Shown here piece by piece: positions 52,228-62,632 of a DNA stretch of 64,000 bases. Source of the stretch: an uncultured Acidobacteriota bacterium (GTDB lineage Bacteria > Acidobacteriota > Thermoanaerobaculia > Multivoradales > UBA5704); the NCBI GenBank assembly GCA_963770895.1, contig CAVYRF010000001.1:224001-288000 (forward strand), in the 5' to 3' direction. Positions within the stretch are counted from its first letter, which is position 1. The number at the start of each line of letters is the position of its first letter. The notes below the pieces were generated by a model. That model had not been told where the DNA came from, did not search any database, and saw only the letters and a program-made list of their open reading frames with translations. The position numbers and the translations under genes were made by a program.

Positions 52228-53168
52228 GCCCCCGCTACGAGACGGCGGTGGTGGGCGGCGGGCCGGCCGGCCTGACCGCGGGGCTGCACCTGGCCTGGCA
52301 CGGCCGCAAGGTGGTGGTGATCGACCGCACCACCGGGCCGCTCTATTTCACCCTGGAGCTGCTGCACAACGTGCCGGGGCTGCCGGCGATGAGCGGCGCC
52401 GAGATCCAGAAGCGCCTGCGCGCCCAGGCGAGCGCCATGGGGGCGGAGCTGGTGCGCGGCAACGTCGAGCGGATCGAGGGCGCCCAGGGCGACTTTCGCC
52501 TGCACGGCGCCGCCGGCGAGCTGTGGGAAGCGCAGACGCTGCTGCTCGCCACCGGAGTGGCGCGCCACCACCCGACGGTGGACGGCGATTTCACCCCCTG
52601 CCTGGCCTACGCCGGCAAGGGGACGTTGTTTTATTGCGCCGACTGCGAGGCTCCCGAGGTGCGCGGCAAGGACACCGTGGTGATCGGCACCGCGTCGGCG
52701 GCCGGCGCGGCCAGGCTGGCGCTCACCCTCACCCGCTACACCCCGCGCCTGCGGGTGCTGCTGACCGGCGACCCCGCGATGCCCGCGGAGAGCGCGCGCC
52801 AGCTGGCTGCCGCCGGCATCCCGGTGCTGACCGGCGCCATCCACCGGCTGATCGGCGAAAAGCGCGACCTGCGCGGGCTCGAGCTCATCGATGGTACGAT
52901 CCTGTCCGCCGAGGCGTTTTTCGTCTCCGCCCCCGCGCGGGGACGCACCGATCTCGCCCGCCAGCTGGGTGTATCGCTCAGCGAGGATGGCGAGCACCCC
53001 ATGCCCCGCTCGCAGCGCGGCGACACCAACGTGCCCGGCGTGTGGATCGCGGGCGACCTGCGTCCGCAGACGCAGCAGGTGGCCATCGCCATGGGCAGCG
53101 GCAGCATCGCGGCAGTGATGATCGATCAGCAGTTGCGGCGTGCCGGATCCGCGGCCGCCGCCCATTGA
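52224..53168 (+). CDS. Thioredoxin reductase-like FAD/NAD(P) oxidoreductase
   Basis: GGGPAGL, LLATG, YCADC, TNVPGVWIAGD. Confidence 0.88.
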   Translation: MSPRYETAVVGGGPAGLTAGLHLAWHGRKVVVIDRTTGPLYFTLELLHNVPGLPAMSGAEIQKRLRAQASAMGAELVRGNVERIEGAQGDFRLHGAAGELWEAQTLLLATGVARHHPTVDGDFTPCLAYAGKGTLFYCADCEAPEVRGKDTVVIGTASAAGAARLALTLTRYTPRLRVLLTGDPAMPAESARQLAAAGIPVLTGAIHRLIGEKRDLRGLELIDGTILSAEAFFVSAPARGRTDLARQLGVSLSEDGEHPMPRSQRGDTNVPGVWIAGDLRPQTQQVAIAMGSGSIAAVMIDQQLRRAGSAAAAH

Positions 53169-53256
53169 AACCAGGTGTAACCGGCTTGTCGCGGGCAGCG
53201 TCTAGTCGTAAAGTAAAAGCATAGGGTTCGCGCGCGCAACAGCCGAGGGGGATTGC

Positions 53257-53706
53257 ATGAAGCTCAAGTCGATGCTCAAGCAGGTGCCACTGGCGATAGC
53301 GCTGGCCGCGCTCGCCCTGACCATGGGCTGCCACGGCAGCAGCACACCGACGGCCGAGACGGAGTTTCAGATCCAGGTCACCGGCTCGATCGCCAACACC
53401 GCGCTGCAGGCCACGATCAATGAGGCGGAGCTGATCTTCGACGGCAGCGTCGCGATCGACCAGCCGTACGTCCCGGCGGTCGCGATCTCGACGCTGAGCG
53501 CCGCGGGGACGGCGTCCAACGGCTCCCACACGGTCACCTGGCAGCTCGTCAGCCAGACGACGACGACGCCCAACAAGTACACGGTTCCTGCGGCGACCAT
53601 CGTGATCTTCGACCTGGCGGGCACGCAGCTCAAGATCATTCAGATACCCAGCATGACCGCCTCGCTGGCGGCCGGCCAGGGCATCTCCTTCTCCTTCTCG
53701 CTGTAG
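53257..53706 (+). CDS. Lipoprotein of unknown function
   Basis: Signal peptide with LTMG|C lipobox; beta-rich. Confidence 0.75.
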   Translation: MKLKSMLKQVPLAIALAALALTMGCHGSSTPTAETEFQIQVTGSIANTALQATINEAELIFDGSVAIDQPYVPAVAISTLSAAGTASNGSHTVTWQLVSQTTTTPNKYTVPAATIVIFDLAGTQLKIIQIPSMTASLAAGQGISFSFSL

Positions 53707-53745
53707 GGGAAGGGGAAGCCGCGCCCGCCGGCTCGCGCTCGATTC

Positions 53746-55563
53746 CTATGGGTGCGCCGGCGCCTGCTGCTCCAGCAGCAGCTCGCGGTAGTGGGCGACC
53801 GGCACCGGTCCCTGGCTCATCATGCCGTCCACGAAGCGGCGCACCGAAAACGCCGCGCCGCGCGCCCGCCGCACGTCGTCGTAGAGCGCCTGCACCTGGC
53901 TGTCGCCCAGGTAGTAGGTGGTCAGCTGCGGCGCGCTGGTGATGGCGCGCGTCCATAGATTGCCGGCAAACTGTTCGTCCTGCAGCGCCTGGTCGCGCGC
54001 GAACGCCAGCACCTGGTCGCGCGTCATGCCCTGGGTGTGGACGCGAATGTCGACGATCGTGCGCGCCACGTTTTCGATCTGCTTCTTGAGATGGGCCAGC
54101 CGGTCGAGCGGCCCGCCCCAGCCCTGGTCGAGCGCCAGCCGCTCGCAGAACGTCCCCCAACCCTCGACGTAGGTGTCGTCGGCAAACAGCGCCCGCAGCT
54201 TGTGCGGCTGGTGGGCGGCGATCTTCAGCTGCAGATAGTGGCCGGGCATGATCTCGTGCGCCGTGATCATGACGTTGAAGTGGTGGTTGAAGTCGCGGAA
54301 GAACGCTTCGCGCTGCGCGGCCGGCGCCGCGTCCGCCGGCGTCGGCAGCAGCCACAGCGTCCTGGCGTCCGGCTCGTAGGGGCCCGCCGCGTAGACGCCG
54401 CCGACGCTCTGGCCGAGCAGGTAGGCGGGCGACGGCCCGACTTCCAGGGTCAGGGGGTCGGGCAGCGTCGCCAGGCCGCGGCCGCGCACGAACGCCTCCA
54501 GGTCCCCGACCTGCCGGCGGTAGTCGGCCACCAGCTCGGCGGTGCTGGCGGCGTGATCGGCGGCGACGCGGGCAAACAGCCGCCGCAGCAGCTCCCGGTC
54601 GTCGGCGGGCGGCGCTTCGCCGGGCAGCACGTCCTGCCACACGCGGCGCCCGTAGCGGGCGGCGGCGCCGCGCACGGCGGCGAAATCCGTCAGCGCGCGG
54701 GACAGGACGGCGCCGACCGGCTCCTCGACGCCGGTGCCCAGGCGGAACGTCTCGGGGTACAGCTCGCCCAGGCGCGGCGAGCCGCCGGCGCGCGCCGCGA
54801 GCTGGTCGAGAAACGCGGCCAGGTCGTCCAGCGCCGCCGCCGCCGGCCCCGCGGCGGCGCGGGCCGCCTGCGCCGCGGGCGCCTCGCCGGCCGCCCAGGC
54901 GACAAAGCCGGCGCGGTAGGAGGCGGCGGTGGCGCGCGCCTGCTCGGCGGCGAGCCGCGCCAGCTCGGGCGACACCTCCTGCGGCGCGGTGGCGGCCAGG
55001 GCCTGGCGCGCCTGGGCGGCGAGGCGCGGCAGCTGGCTCACCCGCGCGGCGGCGGCGACCCACCGCTCGGGCAGCGGGCGCTCCTGGCGCAGCATGAGGA
55101 ACAGCACGGCGTTGCCCAGCCGGTCGGTCCAGAACAGCGGGTCGCGCTCGGCGCGGCGGCGCACCGCCAGGTCGTGGATCTCGCGGCGGGCGCGGCGCTG
55201 CAGCAGCTCCAGGTCCAGCCGCTCGTCGCGCCTGCCGGCGCGGTCGGCCGGCTCGCTGGCCAGCTCGGCGGCGCGGCGCGCGACCTGGCGGTTGTAGGCG
55301 ATCCAGGCGGCGCGGCGGCCGGCGGACAGATCCTCCAGCTCGGCGTCCAGGTCGTGGCGCCCGGCGGCGGTCGCCTCGCTCGGGTAGATCGCCAGATAGC
55401 GGTCCAGGTATTGCTGCACCAGGGCCGCGGCATCGCCGGCGGCCGGTGGCGATGCCGGTGCCGGTGCTGGCGCCGGCGGCGGAGCCGGGGGCGCGGCGGG
55501 GAGGACCGTCAAGGCGCCGCCCAGCGCCGCCACAAGGGAGAGCGCGACCACGATTCGAGTCAT
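53746..55563 (-). CDS. DUF885 family protein (metallopeptidase-like)
   Basis: PSEATAAG, AHEIMPGHYLQ, YVEGWG, QLTTYYLG; signal peptide. Confidence 0.88.
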   Translation of the reverse strand: MTRIVVALSLVAALGGALTVLPAAPPAPPPAPAPAPASPPAAGDAAALVQQYLDRYLAIYPSEATAAGRHDLDAELEDLSAGRRAAWIAYNRQVARRAAELASEPADRAGRRDERLDLELLQRRARREIHDLAVRRRAERDPLFWTDRLGNAVLFLMLRQERPLPERWVAAAARVSQLPRLAAQARQALAATAPQEVSPELARLAAEQARATAASYRAGFVAWAAGEAPAAQAARAAAGPAAAALDDLAAFLDQLAARAGGSPRLGELYPETFRLGTGVEEPVGAVLSRALTDFAAVRGAAARYGRRVWQDVLPGEAPPADDRELLRRLFARVAADHAASTAELVADYRRQVGDLEAFVRGRGLATLPDPLTLEVGPSPAYLLGQSVGGVYAAGPYEPDARTLWLLPTPADAAPAAQREAFFRDFNHHFNVMITAHEIMPGHYLQLKIAAHQPHKLRALFADDTYVEGWGTFCERLALDQGWGGPLDRLAHLKKQIENVARTIVDIRVHTQGMTRDQVLAFARDQALQDEQFAGNLWTRAITSAPQLTTYYLGDSQVQALYDDVRRARGAAFSVRRFVDGMMSQGPVPVAHYRELLLEQQAPAHP

Positions 55564-55755
55564 AGGTGGATCGCGATTATGCCTCATCTTGCCTAATTCG
55601 CGGCCGCATTTCCGGCCGCCCTGGGCGGCGCCGCCGGCCCGCTGCCGGCGGCCGGCCGGTGTGTCCCCAAGCCGCGGCGGCGCGGCACTATAGGGGTGTG
55701 TATGGCGTCCAGGATCGAGGTGTGTCCGTGTCGAGCGTAGCGCTGCTGGAGCCCT

Positions 55756-57054
55756 ATGGAAGCGAGTGACGTCCAGCCCCTTGCCGCCGTCGAGAGCCCG
55801 CCCGCCGCCGCCCCGACCCGGCTGTTCAATCGCAATTTCGTGCTGCTGTGGCAGGGCCAGATGGTCAGCCAGCTGGGCAACCAGGCTTTTGCCATCGCCA
55901 TGGCGTACTGGACCCTGGAGGCGACGGGCTCGGCGAGCCTGATGGGGTTGCTGCTGGCGACCATGAACCTGCCGACCTTCCTGCTGGCGCCCTTGGGCGG
56001 CGCCTTCGCGGACCGCTACTCGCGCATCCGCGTGCTGATCGTCTGCGACCTGGTGGCCGGCGGCGCCATGGCACTGCAGGCGCTGGCCATGATGTCCGGC
56101 CGCTTTTCGCAGCATTTCGTGATCGGGCTGCTGTTCGCGGTGGCGCTGGCGCTCGGCTCGGTCAGCGGCTTTTTCCTGCCCACCTTGTCGTCCACCATCC
56201 CCGACCTGGTGCCGAGCGACAACCTGACCTCGGCCAATTCGCTCAACCAGTTCAGCATCCAGGTGTCCTCCCTGATCGGCCAGGGGATCGGCGGCAACCT
56301 GTTTCAGCTGATGGGGGCGCCGCGGCTGTTCCTGTTCGACGCCCTGTCGTTCCTGTACGCCTCGGGCAGCGAAGCGCTGGTGCGGGTGCCGCCCAAGCCG
56401 CCGCACGAGCGGCTGGGCTTCGCCGCCAGCGTGCGCCAGTTCGCGGGCAACATCCGCGAGGGCATGGCCTACGTGTGGCGCACCCCGGGCCTGCCCGCCT
56501 ACATCGGCGCGCCGTCGTCGTACAACTTCTTTTCGATGGCGATCTTCGTGCTGCTGCCGTTTTTCGTGCGCCAGAACCTGCACGGCGGCGCCGCCTGGTA
56601 CGGCTACCTGCTTGCCACCATCAGCATCGGCATGATCCTGGGCTTCCTGCTGGCCAGCCTGGTGCGCCTCAAGGGCGAAGCGCGCATGCGCTTCATGGTG
56701 GTGATGATCATCATCGCGCCGGTGCCGATGCTGCTGGTCGGCTTCCTGCACAACCGCGGCCTGGCGCTGGCCATCGCCCTCGGCCTGGGCATCTGCCTGG
56801 GGCTGATCAACGTCAACCTGATCACCCTGGTGCAGCATTCGACGCCGCCCGAGCTGCGCGGCCGCGTGATGGGGCTGTGGTCGGCCCTGGCCGGCGGCCT
56901 GGCGCCGCTCGGCGTCGTGCTGGGGGGCATCGCCGGCGACCTGACCCACAAGAACATCCCGCTGGTCTACGGCACCTGCGGCGTGCTGGCGTTTTCGATC
57001 AGCGCCTTCTGCGTCGGCCTGCCCTCCACCCGGCGCTTCCTGGCGCGCGCCTGA
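55756..57054 (+). CDS. MFS transporter (DHA3-like)
   Basis: NRNFVLLWQGQMVSQLG, GAFADRYSR, ELRGRVMG; ~12 TM helices. Confidence 0.92.
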   Translation: MEASDVQPLAAVESPPAAAPTRLFNRNFVLLWQGQMVSQLGNQAFAIAMAYWTLEATGSASLMGLLLATMNLPTFLLAPLGGAFADRYSRIRVLIVCDLVAGGAMALQALAMMSGRFSQHFVIGLLFAVALALGSVSGFFLPTLSSTIPDLVPSDNLTSANSLNQFSIQVSSLIGQGIGGNLFQLMGAPRLFLFDALSFLYASGSEALVRVPPKPPHERLGFAASVRQFAGNIREGMAYVWRTPGLPAYIGAPSSYNFFSMAIFVLLPFFVRQNLHGGAAWYGYLLATISIGMILGFLLASLVRLKGEARMRFMVVMIIIAPVPMLLVGFLHNRGLALAIALGLGICLGLINVNLITLVQHSTPPELRGRVMGLWSALAGGLAPLGVVLGGIAGDLTHKNIPLVYGTCGVLAFSISAFCVGLPSTRRFLARA

Positions 57055-57089
57055 GCCCGCCGCCGGCCGCGGCGCGATAGACTGCCGCG

Positions 57090-57602
57090 ATGACCTGGCA
57101 CCACCTTGCCCGCTGGCATCGCGCTCCAGCTGCGGCGCCGCCCGCCGCCTTGCCGCCGATTGGCCGGCTGGGCTTGCCGGCTTTGATCGCCGCCGCACTG
57201 GCTTTGGCGCTGGCGACCGCCGGCTGCGGCAGCAGTCACTCTTCGCCTGTGGAACCGGTGGGCCAGGACTCCATCCAGATCGCGTCGCTGTCGCCGGCGG
57301 CCGGCACCACCCTCACCGCGGGTACGACCGTCACCTTCAAGGCGGTGCTCAACTTCGGCCTGGCCAGCTCGCCGGGGGGCCTGATCCTGGTCTCGGTCGA
57401 GGATCAGAACGGCCGCGTCCTCAACGCCGGCAACCAGCCGCTCGTCGTCCTGGCCGGGGGCGCCGGCACGGTGACGCTGTCCTTCCAGGGCGCCGTCCCG
57501 GCGACCGGCGTCAGCGTGCTGCAGCTGTCCTTCGCGCTGATGCCGTCCGTACCGCTCCCCACGCCGCCGACCGCCACGGCGGCCTACCCGGTCGTCTCCT
57601 GA
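57090..57602 (+). CDS. Lipoprotein of unknown function
   Basis: LATAG|C lipobox; Ig-like beta-rich domain; start uncertain. Confidence 0.65.
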   Translation: MTWHHLARWHRAPAAAPPAALPPIGRLGLPALIAAALALALATAGCGSSHSSPVEPVGQDSIQIASLSPAAGTTLTAGTTVTFKAVLNFGLASSPGGLILVSVEDQNGRVLNAGNQPLVVLAGGAGTVTLSFQGAVPATGVSVLQLSFALMPSVPLPTPPTATAAYPVVS

Positions 57603-57633
57603 CCGGTCCGCGGCCGCCGGTCGCGCCGGCCGT

Positions 57634-59307
57634 TCAGCTTTCGCGGTAGTTGAGCAGGACGACGCCGACCAGGATCAGGCAGATCGGCCACACCCACGAC
57701 ATGGCGCGGCGCGGGCCGCTGTCCAGGCGCAGCTCCAGCCAGCGCGACCAGCCGGCGGCGACGCCCAGGATGGCGATCGCGACGTGGCTCAGCTCGGCCA
57801 GCAGCTCTTCCTTGGGATTGTTGAGCGAATGGCTGTGGGTCAAAAGCAGCGCGCCGCCCAGGAAGCAGACGAAGGGGAAGACCAGCGCCGTCGCCGGCCG
57901 GGTGGCGCGCCCCATCTGAACCTGGCGCTCGAAGACCGCGAACGCGACGATGAGCAGCACCGCCAGGCGGTGCTGCAACGCCTCCGACACCAGGAAGCCG
58001 CGCCAGAAGGGGATCGGCCCGATCGGCCAGTACTCGGTGTCGGCCAGCAGGAACAGGAAGACGGCGAGCAGCAGGAAGGCGAACGGCCAGTTGCGCGCCC
58101 ACGACCAGCCGGCGCGGGCGGCCACGGCCAGCAGGCCGGCGAGCAGCACCGCCAATCCCGACATGTTGTGGTTGAACTCGGATACCGCGATGTCCGCCGG
58201 CGTGCTGGGCGTCGGCACCTGGCCGGGCACGAACGTGGTGTAAGAGTCGGGTAGCCGCCCGGCATTGGCCGCGGCGGCGGCACGCACCTGGGAGGGCAGC
58301 AGGTCCGTCGCCGCCGGCGGCATCAGGTGCGGCGCGCGCGGCGTAAAGCGCTGGACGATCTGGTGCGGCGTCACCAGCAGGTCGTGCGGCAGGTCGGCGG
58401 CCGGCGGCTGCGAGGTGAGGGACGCGGCGGCCAGGACCACCGTGAAGCCGATCCCCACCTCCGCCTCGGCGAAGCGGCGCAGGCGCAGCAGCAGCGACCG
58501 GTCCTCTCGCTCGACGCCGTGGACGATCGAGTAGTTGAGCGCCCCCAGGCCCAGCAGCAGTCCGAGCAGCGCGATCTTGGCGCCGACCATGGCGCCGTAG
58601 GCGGTGCCCACCGCGGCGTCGGGCCGCGCGACGTAGATCAGCGTCAAGCCGATGCCGGCGCCCACCAGCGCTGCGACGCTCGCCTGGGCCAGGCGCGAAA
58701 AGCGGTGGCCGATCGCCTTGGCGGCGTCGCCGGGAGAGCGGGGCAGGGCGAGCAGCAGGTAGGGCAGGCCGCCGATCCAGCAGGCGGTGGCGGCCTGGTG
58801 CAGGGCGGTCAGCGCGATGGGCAGGATGCGGTCGTCCAGCCGCGCTGCCGCGTGGCTGGTGGCGACCGAGGCGGCCAGGATGCCGAGCCCGAGAGGCACC
58901 GTCGCCAGGAGCGCCGGCGCCGGCCGCCACCGCCCGCCCGCTTCCCCGGACTCCGCCCGCGCCCCCACCGGCGAGGCCGCGGCAAGGACGGCGATGGCCA
59001 GCGCCAGGCCGCAGGCCACGGCGCCGGCGACGAAGAAGTTGGCGCCCGCCACCTCGCCCAGGCGCAGGTTGGCGGTGCCCATCAGCAGCGCCGAGTCCGC
59101 CGCCACGTAGCAGGCCTCGATCAGCGCCAGGGCGGCGGCGGCGCCGACCAGCAGCCGGCGGCAGGCGCGGGCGGCCGCGGCGCTGCCGGCGCCGCGATCC
59201 ACCAGCAGCGCAAAGACGATGCCGCCGCCGACCATCGACTGGAGCGCGAGCGTCAGGCCGCGCAGCACGACCGAAAGGAAACCGAAGATGTCGAGCAGTT
59301 GGGTCAT
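57634..59307 (-). CDS. copD: Copper resistance D family membrane protein (extended)
   Basis: SHAAA, LHQAATACWIGGL, RFS, YG...K; downstream of copC; extra C-terminal TM domain with His residues. Confidence 0.85.
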   Translation of the reverse strand: MTQLLDIFGFLSVVLRGLTLALQSMVGGGIVFALLVDRGAGSAAAARACRRLLVGAAAALALIEACYVAADSALLMGTANLRLGEVAGANFFVAGAVACGLALAIAVLAAASPVGARAESGEAGGRWRPAPALLATVPLGLGILAASVATSHAAARLDDRILPIALTALHQAATACWIGGLPYLLLALPRSPGDAAKAIGHRFSRLAQASVAALVGAGIGLTLIYVARPDAAVGTAYGAMVGAKIALLGLLLGLGALNYSIVHGVEREDRSLLLRLRRFAEAEVGIGFTVVLAAASLTSQPPAADLPHDLLVTPHQIVQRFTPRAPHLMPPAATDLLPSQVRAAAAANAGRLPDSYTTFVPGQVPTPSTPADIAVSEFNHNMSGLAVLLAGLLAVAARAGWSWARNWPFAFLLLAVFLFLLADTEYWPIGPIPFWRGFLVSEALQHRLAVLLIVAFAVFERQVQMGRATRPATALVFPFVCFLGGALLLTHSHSLNNPKEELLAELSHVAIAILGVAAGWSRWLELRLDSGPRRAMSWVWPICLILVGVVLLNYRES

Positions 59308-59398
59308 GGGAAGGCGGGGCGTGGGGGGGCCGACGGACCCCCCGTTCGCGCCGGCGGCGCGGCCTGGTCAGACCGGGGCCGCGCACCGCGGCGTGCGG

Positions 59399-59779
59399 CT
59401 ATTTGACGGTGAAGGGCACCTCGCCGTTGGTGATGTGGCCGTCGGCGGCGAGCACCTGCCAGCGCAGGCGCCAGGCGCCGGGAGCCAGGCCGGCCGCCTT
59501 GGCGGTCAGCACGCTGGGCTCCTTCTGGGCATCCAGGGCGACGGCGCTCTCCTTGCCGTTCGGCGCCACCAGCGACAGGTGGGAGCGGGCGCCGTCGATG
59601 CGCGAGTTGAAGTGCAGCACGACAGGGACGTCCGGGCCGGCGACCGTGGACTTGGCGGCAGGGCTGGCCTTGACCAGGATGGCGTGGGCCAGCGCCGCGG
59701 AGGCGCCGGCCAGCAGCAGGGCGATTCCCAGGGCGGCCGCGATTCCCCGGCGGCGAACTGGAACTGGACGGGATCTCAT
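59399..59779 (-). CDS. copC: Copper resistance protein CopC
   Basis: ALA|HAILVKASP, WQVLAADGH; GGAGGA RBS. Confidence 0.9.
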   Translation of the reverse strand: MRSRPVPVRRRGIAAALGIALLLAGASAALAHAILVKASPAAKSTVAGPDVPVVLHFNSRIDGARSHLSLVAPNGKESAVALDAQKEPSVLTAKAAGLAPGAWRLRWQVLAADGHITNGEVPFTVK

Positions 59780-60014
59780 CGAAAAATCTCCTCCTTGCCT
59801 CATCGCGGCGAGGGTAGCACAGCCGCGCCCGCAGGCGCGCCGGGCGGCGCACGCCGGCTCGCGGCGAGCGTCGCCGGTCGCTGCCGGCGGCAGCGGAGGC
59901 GGACGCGGACAGGGATGCGGAATGGAATTTGCAGGGTCATCCGGACGTGGTGGAGGGGCGCGCCACAAGGGCTCGCCGCCGCCGCTCAAAACCGAGATCA
60001 AGGAGGACGTTACG

Positions 60015-60458
60015 ATGAATGTTCGACGCCTGGCTGTGCAACTCACCATGGCTTTTGTGCTGGTCGCCGTCGCGGCGCCGGCGAGCGCTCTGACCAAGTG
60101 CACGATGCGCTTCGACCTCAAGGAGTGGTCGGCGTTTTACAAGAAGGCCGACGGCCGCGGCACCATCGCCTGCGACAACGGTCAGACCGCCAAGGTCATC
60201 CTCGACGCCCGCGGCGGCGGCCTGAGCGCCGGCAAGGGTGAGATCCGCGACGGCAAGGGCACCTTCTCCGACGTGGCCGACATCCACGAGCTGTTCGGCG
60301 CCTATGCCGCCGCCGACGCCACCGCCGGCGCGGTCAAGAGCGCCGGAGCCAGCGGCCTCACCAAGGGTCCGGTTTCCCTGGGCCTGGACGGCAAGGGCAC
60401 CGGCTGGGAGATCGGCATCTCCTTCGGCAAGTTCACCATCACGCCCGTCGCCCCGTAA
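60015..60458 (+). CDS. Small secreted beta-rich protein of unknown function
   Basis: AGGAGG RBS, signal peptide, Cys pair (KCT...ACDNG). Confidence 0.75.
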   Translation: MNVRRLAVQLTMAFVLVAVAAPASALTKCTMRFDLKEWSAFYKKADGRGTIACDNGQTAKVILDARGGGLSAGKGEIRDGKGTFSDVADIHELFGAYAAADATAGAVKSAGASGLTKGPVSLGLDGKGTGWEIGISFGKFTITPVAP

Positions 60459-60538
60459 CGGCTTCCGTCCCGTCGGATAAGCCCGCCGCCGGCTTGCCAG
60501 GCGCGGCGGCGGGCGCCGGGCACCCGCGCCCCACCCTC

Positions 60539-61099
60539 CTACACCGGCAGGTGAAAGAAGGCCCTCAGCAGCGCCAGGATCTCGTCGAGGTTTTGGCGCC
60601 GGAACTCCCGCCGATACCCTTCCTGCAGCAGCTCGCTGCCGTGGCGCTTCTCCGCATCGGACAGCGCGGCAAAGGAACGGCCGTCCAGAAACTGAGTGAG
60701 CGTCCGCTCGGCGGCCTGACCGCGACCGGACCACCACACCTGCAGGTGATCGCCCAGGTAGAAGGCGTAGACCGGGATGCGCCGCCGGTCGCCCATCCAC
60801 AGGAAGCTGTCCATCAGCTCGGGAACCGTGTCGCGGGCGAAGATCCCCAGCTCCCAGCCCGGCAGCTGCTCGACGATGCGCGCCCAGGTGGGCAGGGTGT
60901 GGAACACGTCCGGGCACCAGTCTTCGGCGATCGCCACCAGCCGCAGCGGCGGCAGCTGGCGCAGCGCTTCCAGGTCCGCGGGCCCGTGGCTGGGGGCGGC
61001 GTAGACCTCGGCGAACATTTCGCGGTTCTGGCTCACCGTCTGCAGATAGGCGGCGTAGGAAAGGCGGCGCCGCCACAGGTCTCTGGGCAGGGGGTTCAT
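60539..61099 (-). CDS. Thioredoxin-fold protein (Thioredoxin_9-like)
   Basis: IAEDWCPD, RRIP. Confidence 0.75.
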   Translation of the reverse strand: MNPLPRDLWRRRLSYAAYLQTVSQNREMFAEVYAAPSHGPADLEALRQLPPLRLVAIAEDWCPDVFHTLPTWARIVEQLPGWELGIFARDTVPELMDSFLWMGDRRRIPVYAFYLGDHLQVWWSGRGQAAERTLTQFLDGRSFAALSDAEKRHGSELLQEGYRREFRRQNLDEILALLRAFFHLPV

Positions 61100-61272
61100 G
61101 GGCGAAACATAGCGCGATTCGCGGCCCCCGCGCCGCGCTGCCGCTTCCGTCCTTGCCGCCGCGCGCCGCGCGGCGGCCGGCGACCCGCCCGCGGCGAGGG
61201 CGGGCCGCCAGAACCCCAGCTTGATACCTAGCACGTCTATTCATACGGAAGGCACGCCCGCAACGTCCAAGC

Positions 61273-61953
61273 TCACTGCTCGCGAGCGAACGCCGCCACC
61301 TTGGCCAGGCGGTCTTCGGCGGCCGTCAGGTTGTGGCCCGCCAGGCCGCGCACCACTCGCCGCAGGCGCGGCGAGCGCTCAAAGAGAGGCGCCAGGCGGC
61401 GGCAGAGCGCGACCACCGCGACGCCCAGGGCCATCGTGCCCAGGAGCGTCACCAGCAGGTCGCTGCCGCTCATGTGCGCGTACAGATCGACGCCGAACCA
61501 CGCCCGCAGGGCGACGATGCCGAACGGCACGCACCAGACCGGCACGCCGAACAGGAACAGCAGCTGCAGCGACCGCTCCGCCAGGGCGCGCAGGGCGGCC
61601 AGCCGGCGCTGGATCTCGACGACCGGCGCGTCCAGCTCGATCGCCGCCGCCTGGACCAGCTGCGCGACCTCGGACGCCAGGGCGCCGATCAGCCACAGGT
61701 GGAGCGCCAGCGCCGGCGCCAGGAAGCGCGGCTGGGACAGGTGGGAGTGGATGAACGTCCCCGTCCCCAGCAGGCAGAGCGCGGCCAGCAGCAGGTTGAA
61801 CCAGGCGCCGGCGCGCAGCCAGCGCAGCGACGAGCGCGGCGCCGCCATCGCGGCGTGCTGCCAGATCTGCCGGTTGAGGCGCAGCACTTCGTCGATGCGC
61901 CGGTCCGCGGCCAGCCAGCGTTGCTGCAGATCGTCCAGGTCGTCGACAGTCAT
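61273..61953 (-). CDS. Membrane protein, putative anti-sigma factor
   Basis: 4 TM helices; 12 nt downstream of an ECF sigma. Confidence 0.7.
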   Translation of the reverse strand: MTVDDLDDLQQRWLAADRRIDEVLRLNRQIWQHAAMAAPRSSLRWLRAGAWFNLLLAALCLLGTGTFIHSHLSQPRFLAPALALHLWLIGALASEVAQLVQAAAIELDAPVVEIQRRLAALRALAERSLQLLFLFGVPVWCVPFGIVALRAWFGVDLYAHMSGSDLLVTLLGTMALGVAVVALCRRLAPLFERSPRLRRVVRGLAGHNLTAAEDRLAKVAAFAREQ

Positions 61954-61965
61954 CTCCGGGTCTCC

Positions 61966-62523
61966 TTATCCGATGCGCCCGGCGGTGCGGAAGCACTCGC
62001 GCAGGCGGATCTTCAGGCGGCCGAGCTTGGTCGCCGCGTTGGTGGTGGTGATGCCGAGCACGCCGCCGATCTCCTGGTGGCTCTGGCCGTCCAGGTACAG
62101 CATCAGCAGCGCCCGGTCGAGCTCGTCGAAATGCGCGATGCAGCGGTAGAGCAGCGCGACGTCCGGGTCCTCGCCGTCCGCCGCCGCCAGGCCGCCGGCG
62201 ACCTGCAGGATCTCGTCGCCGGCCGCGACCAGGTGGCGCGTCTGGGTGCGCTCGCGGCGCTGCCACGAGATCGCCACGTTGAGCGCGATGCGGTACATCC
62301 AGGTGGACGCCTTGTGGCGATCGTCGAAGCGCGGAAAGGCCCGCCACAGCTGCACCACGATCTCCTGCACCAGGTCCTCGCGGTCGGCGCCCGAGCGCCC
62401 GTACAGGCGCGCCACCTTGTAGAGCAGCCGGCGGTGGGCCTGCAGCAGGTCCAGGAACCTGGTTTGCGCCGGGGAGGTCGCGGTGTCTGCGGCTGCGGCA
62501 GCGGGGGAGGGAGGAGCGTTCAC
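61966..62523 (-). CDS. ECF RNA polymerase sigma factor
   Basis: EDLVQEI, STWMYRIALN, YLDGQSHQEI, TKLGRLK. Confidence 0.9.
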   Translation of the reverse strand: MNAPPSPAAAAADTATSPAQTRFLDLLQAHRRLLYKVARLYGRSGADREDLVQEIVVQLWRAFPRFDDRHKASTWMYRIALNVAISWQRRERTQTRHLVAAGDEILQVAGGLAAADGEDPDVALLYRCIAHFDELDRALLMLYLDGQSHQEIGGVLGITTTNAATKLGRLKIRLRECFRTAGRIG

Positions 62524-62632
62524 ACCCTGATTATTCGCGCCAGGGGCGAAAACATCACACTGGATGGCGCGGTGCCGGCGGGACGGTGCGGCGCGCGGCG
62601 GCCGACGCGCCGCGCGCCGGGGAGGGCCGGGT

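Noticed and set aside
53746-57198. 1150-aa ORF
   Set aside because: The N-terminal half is antisense to the MFS gene; the DUF885 protein starts at 55563
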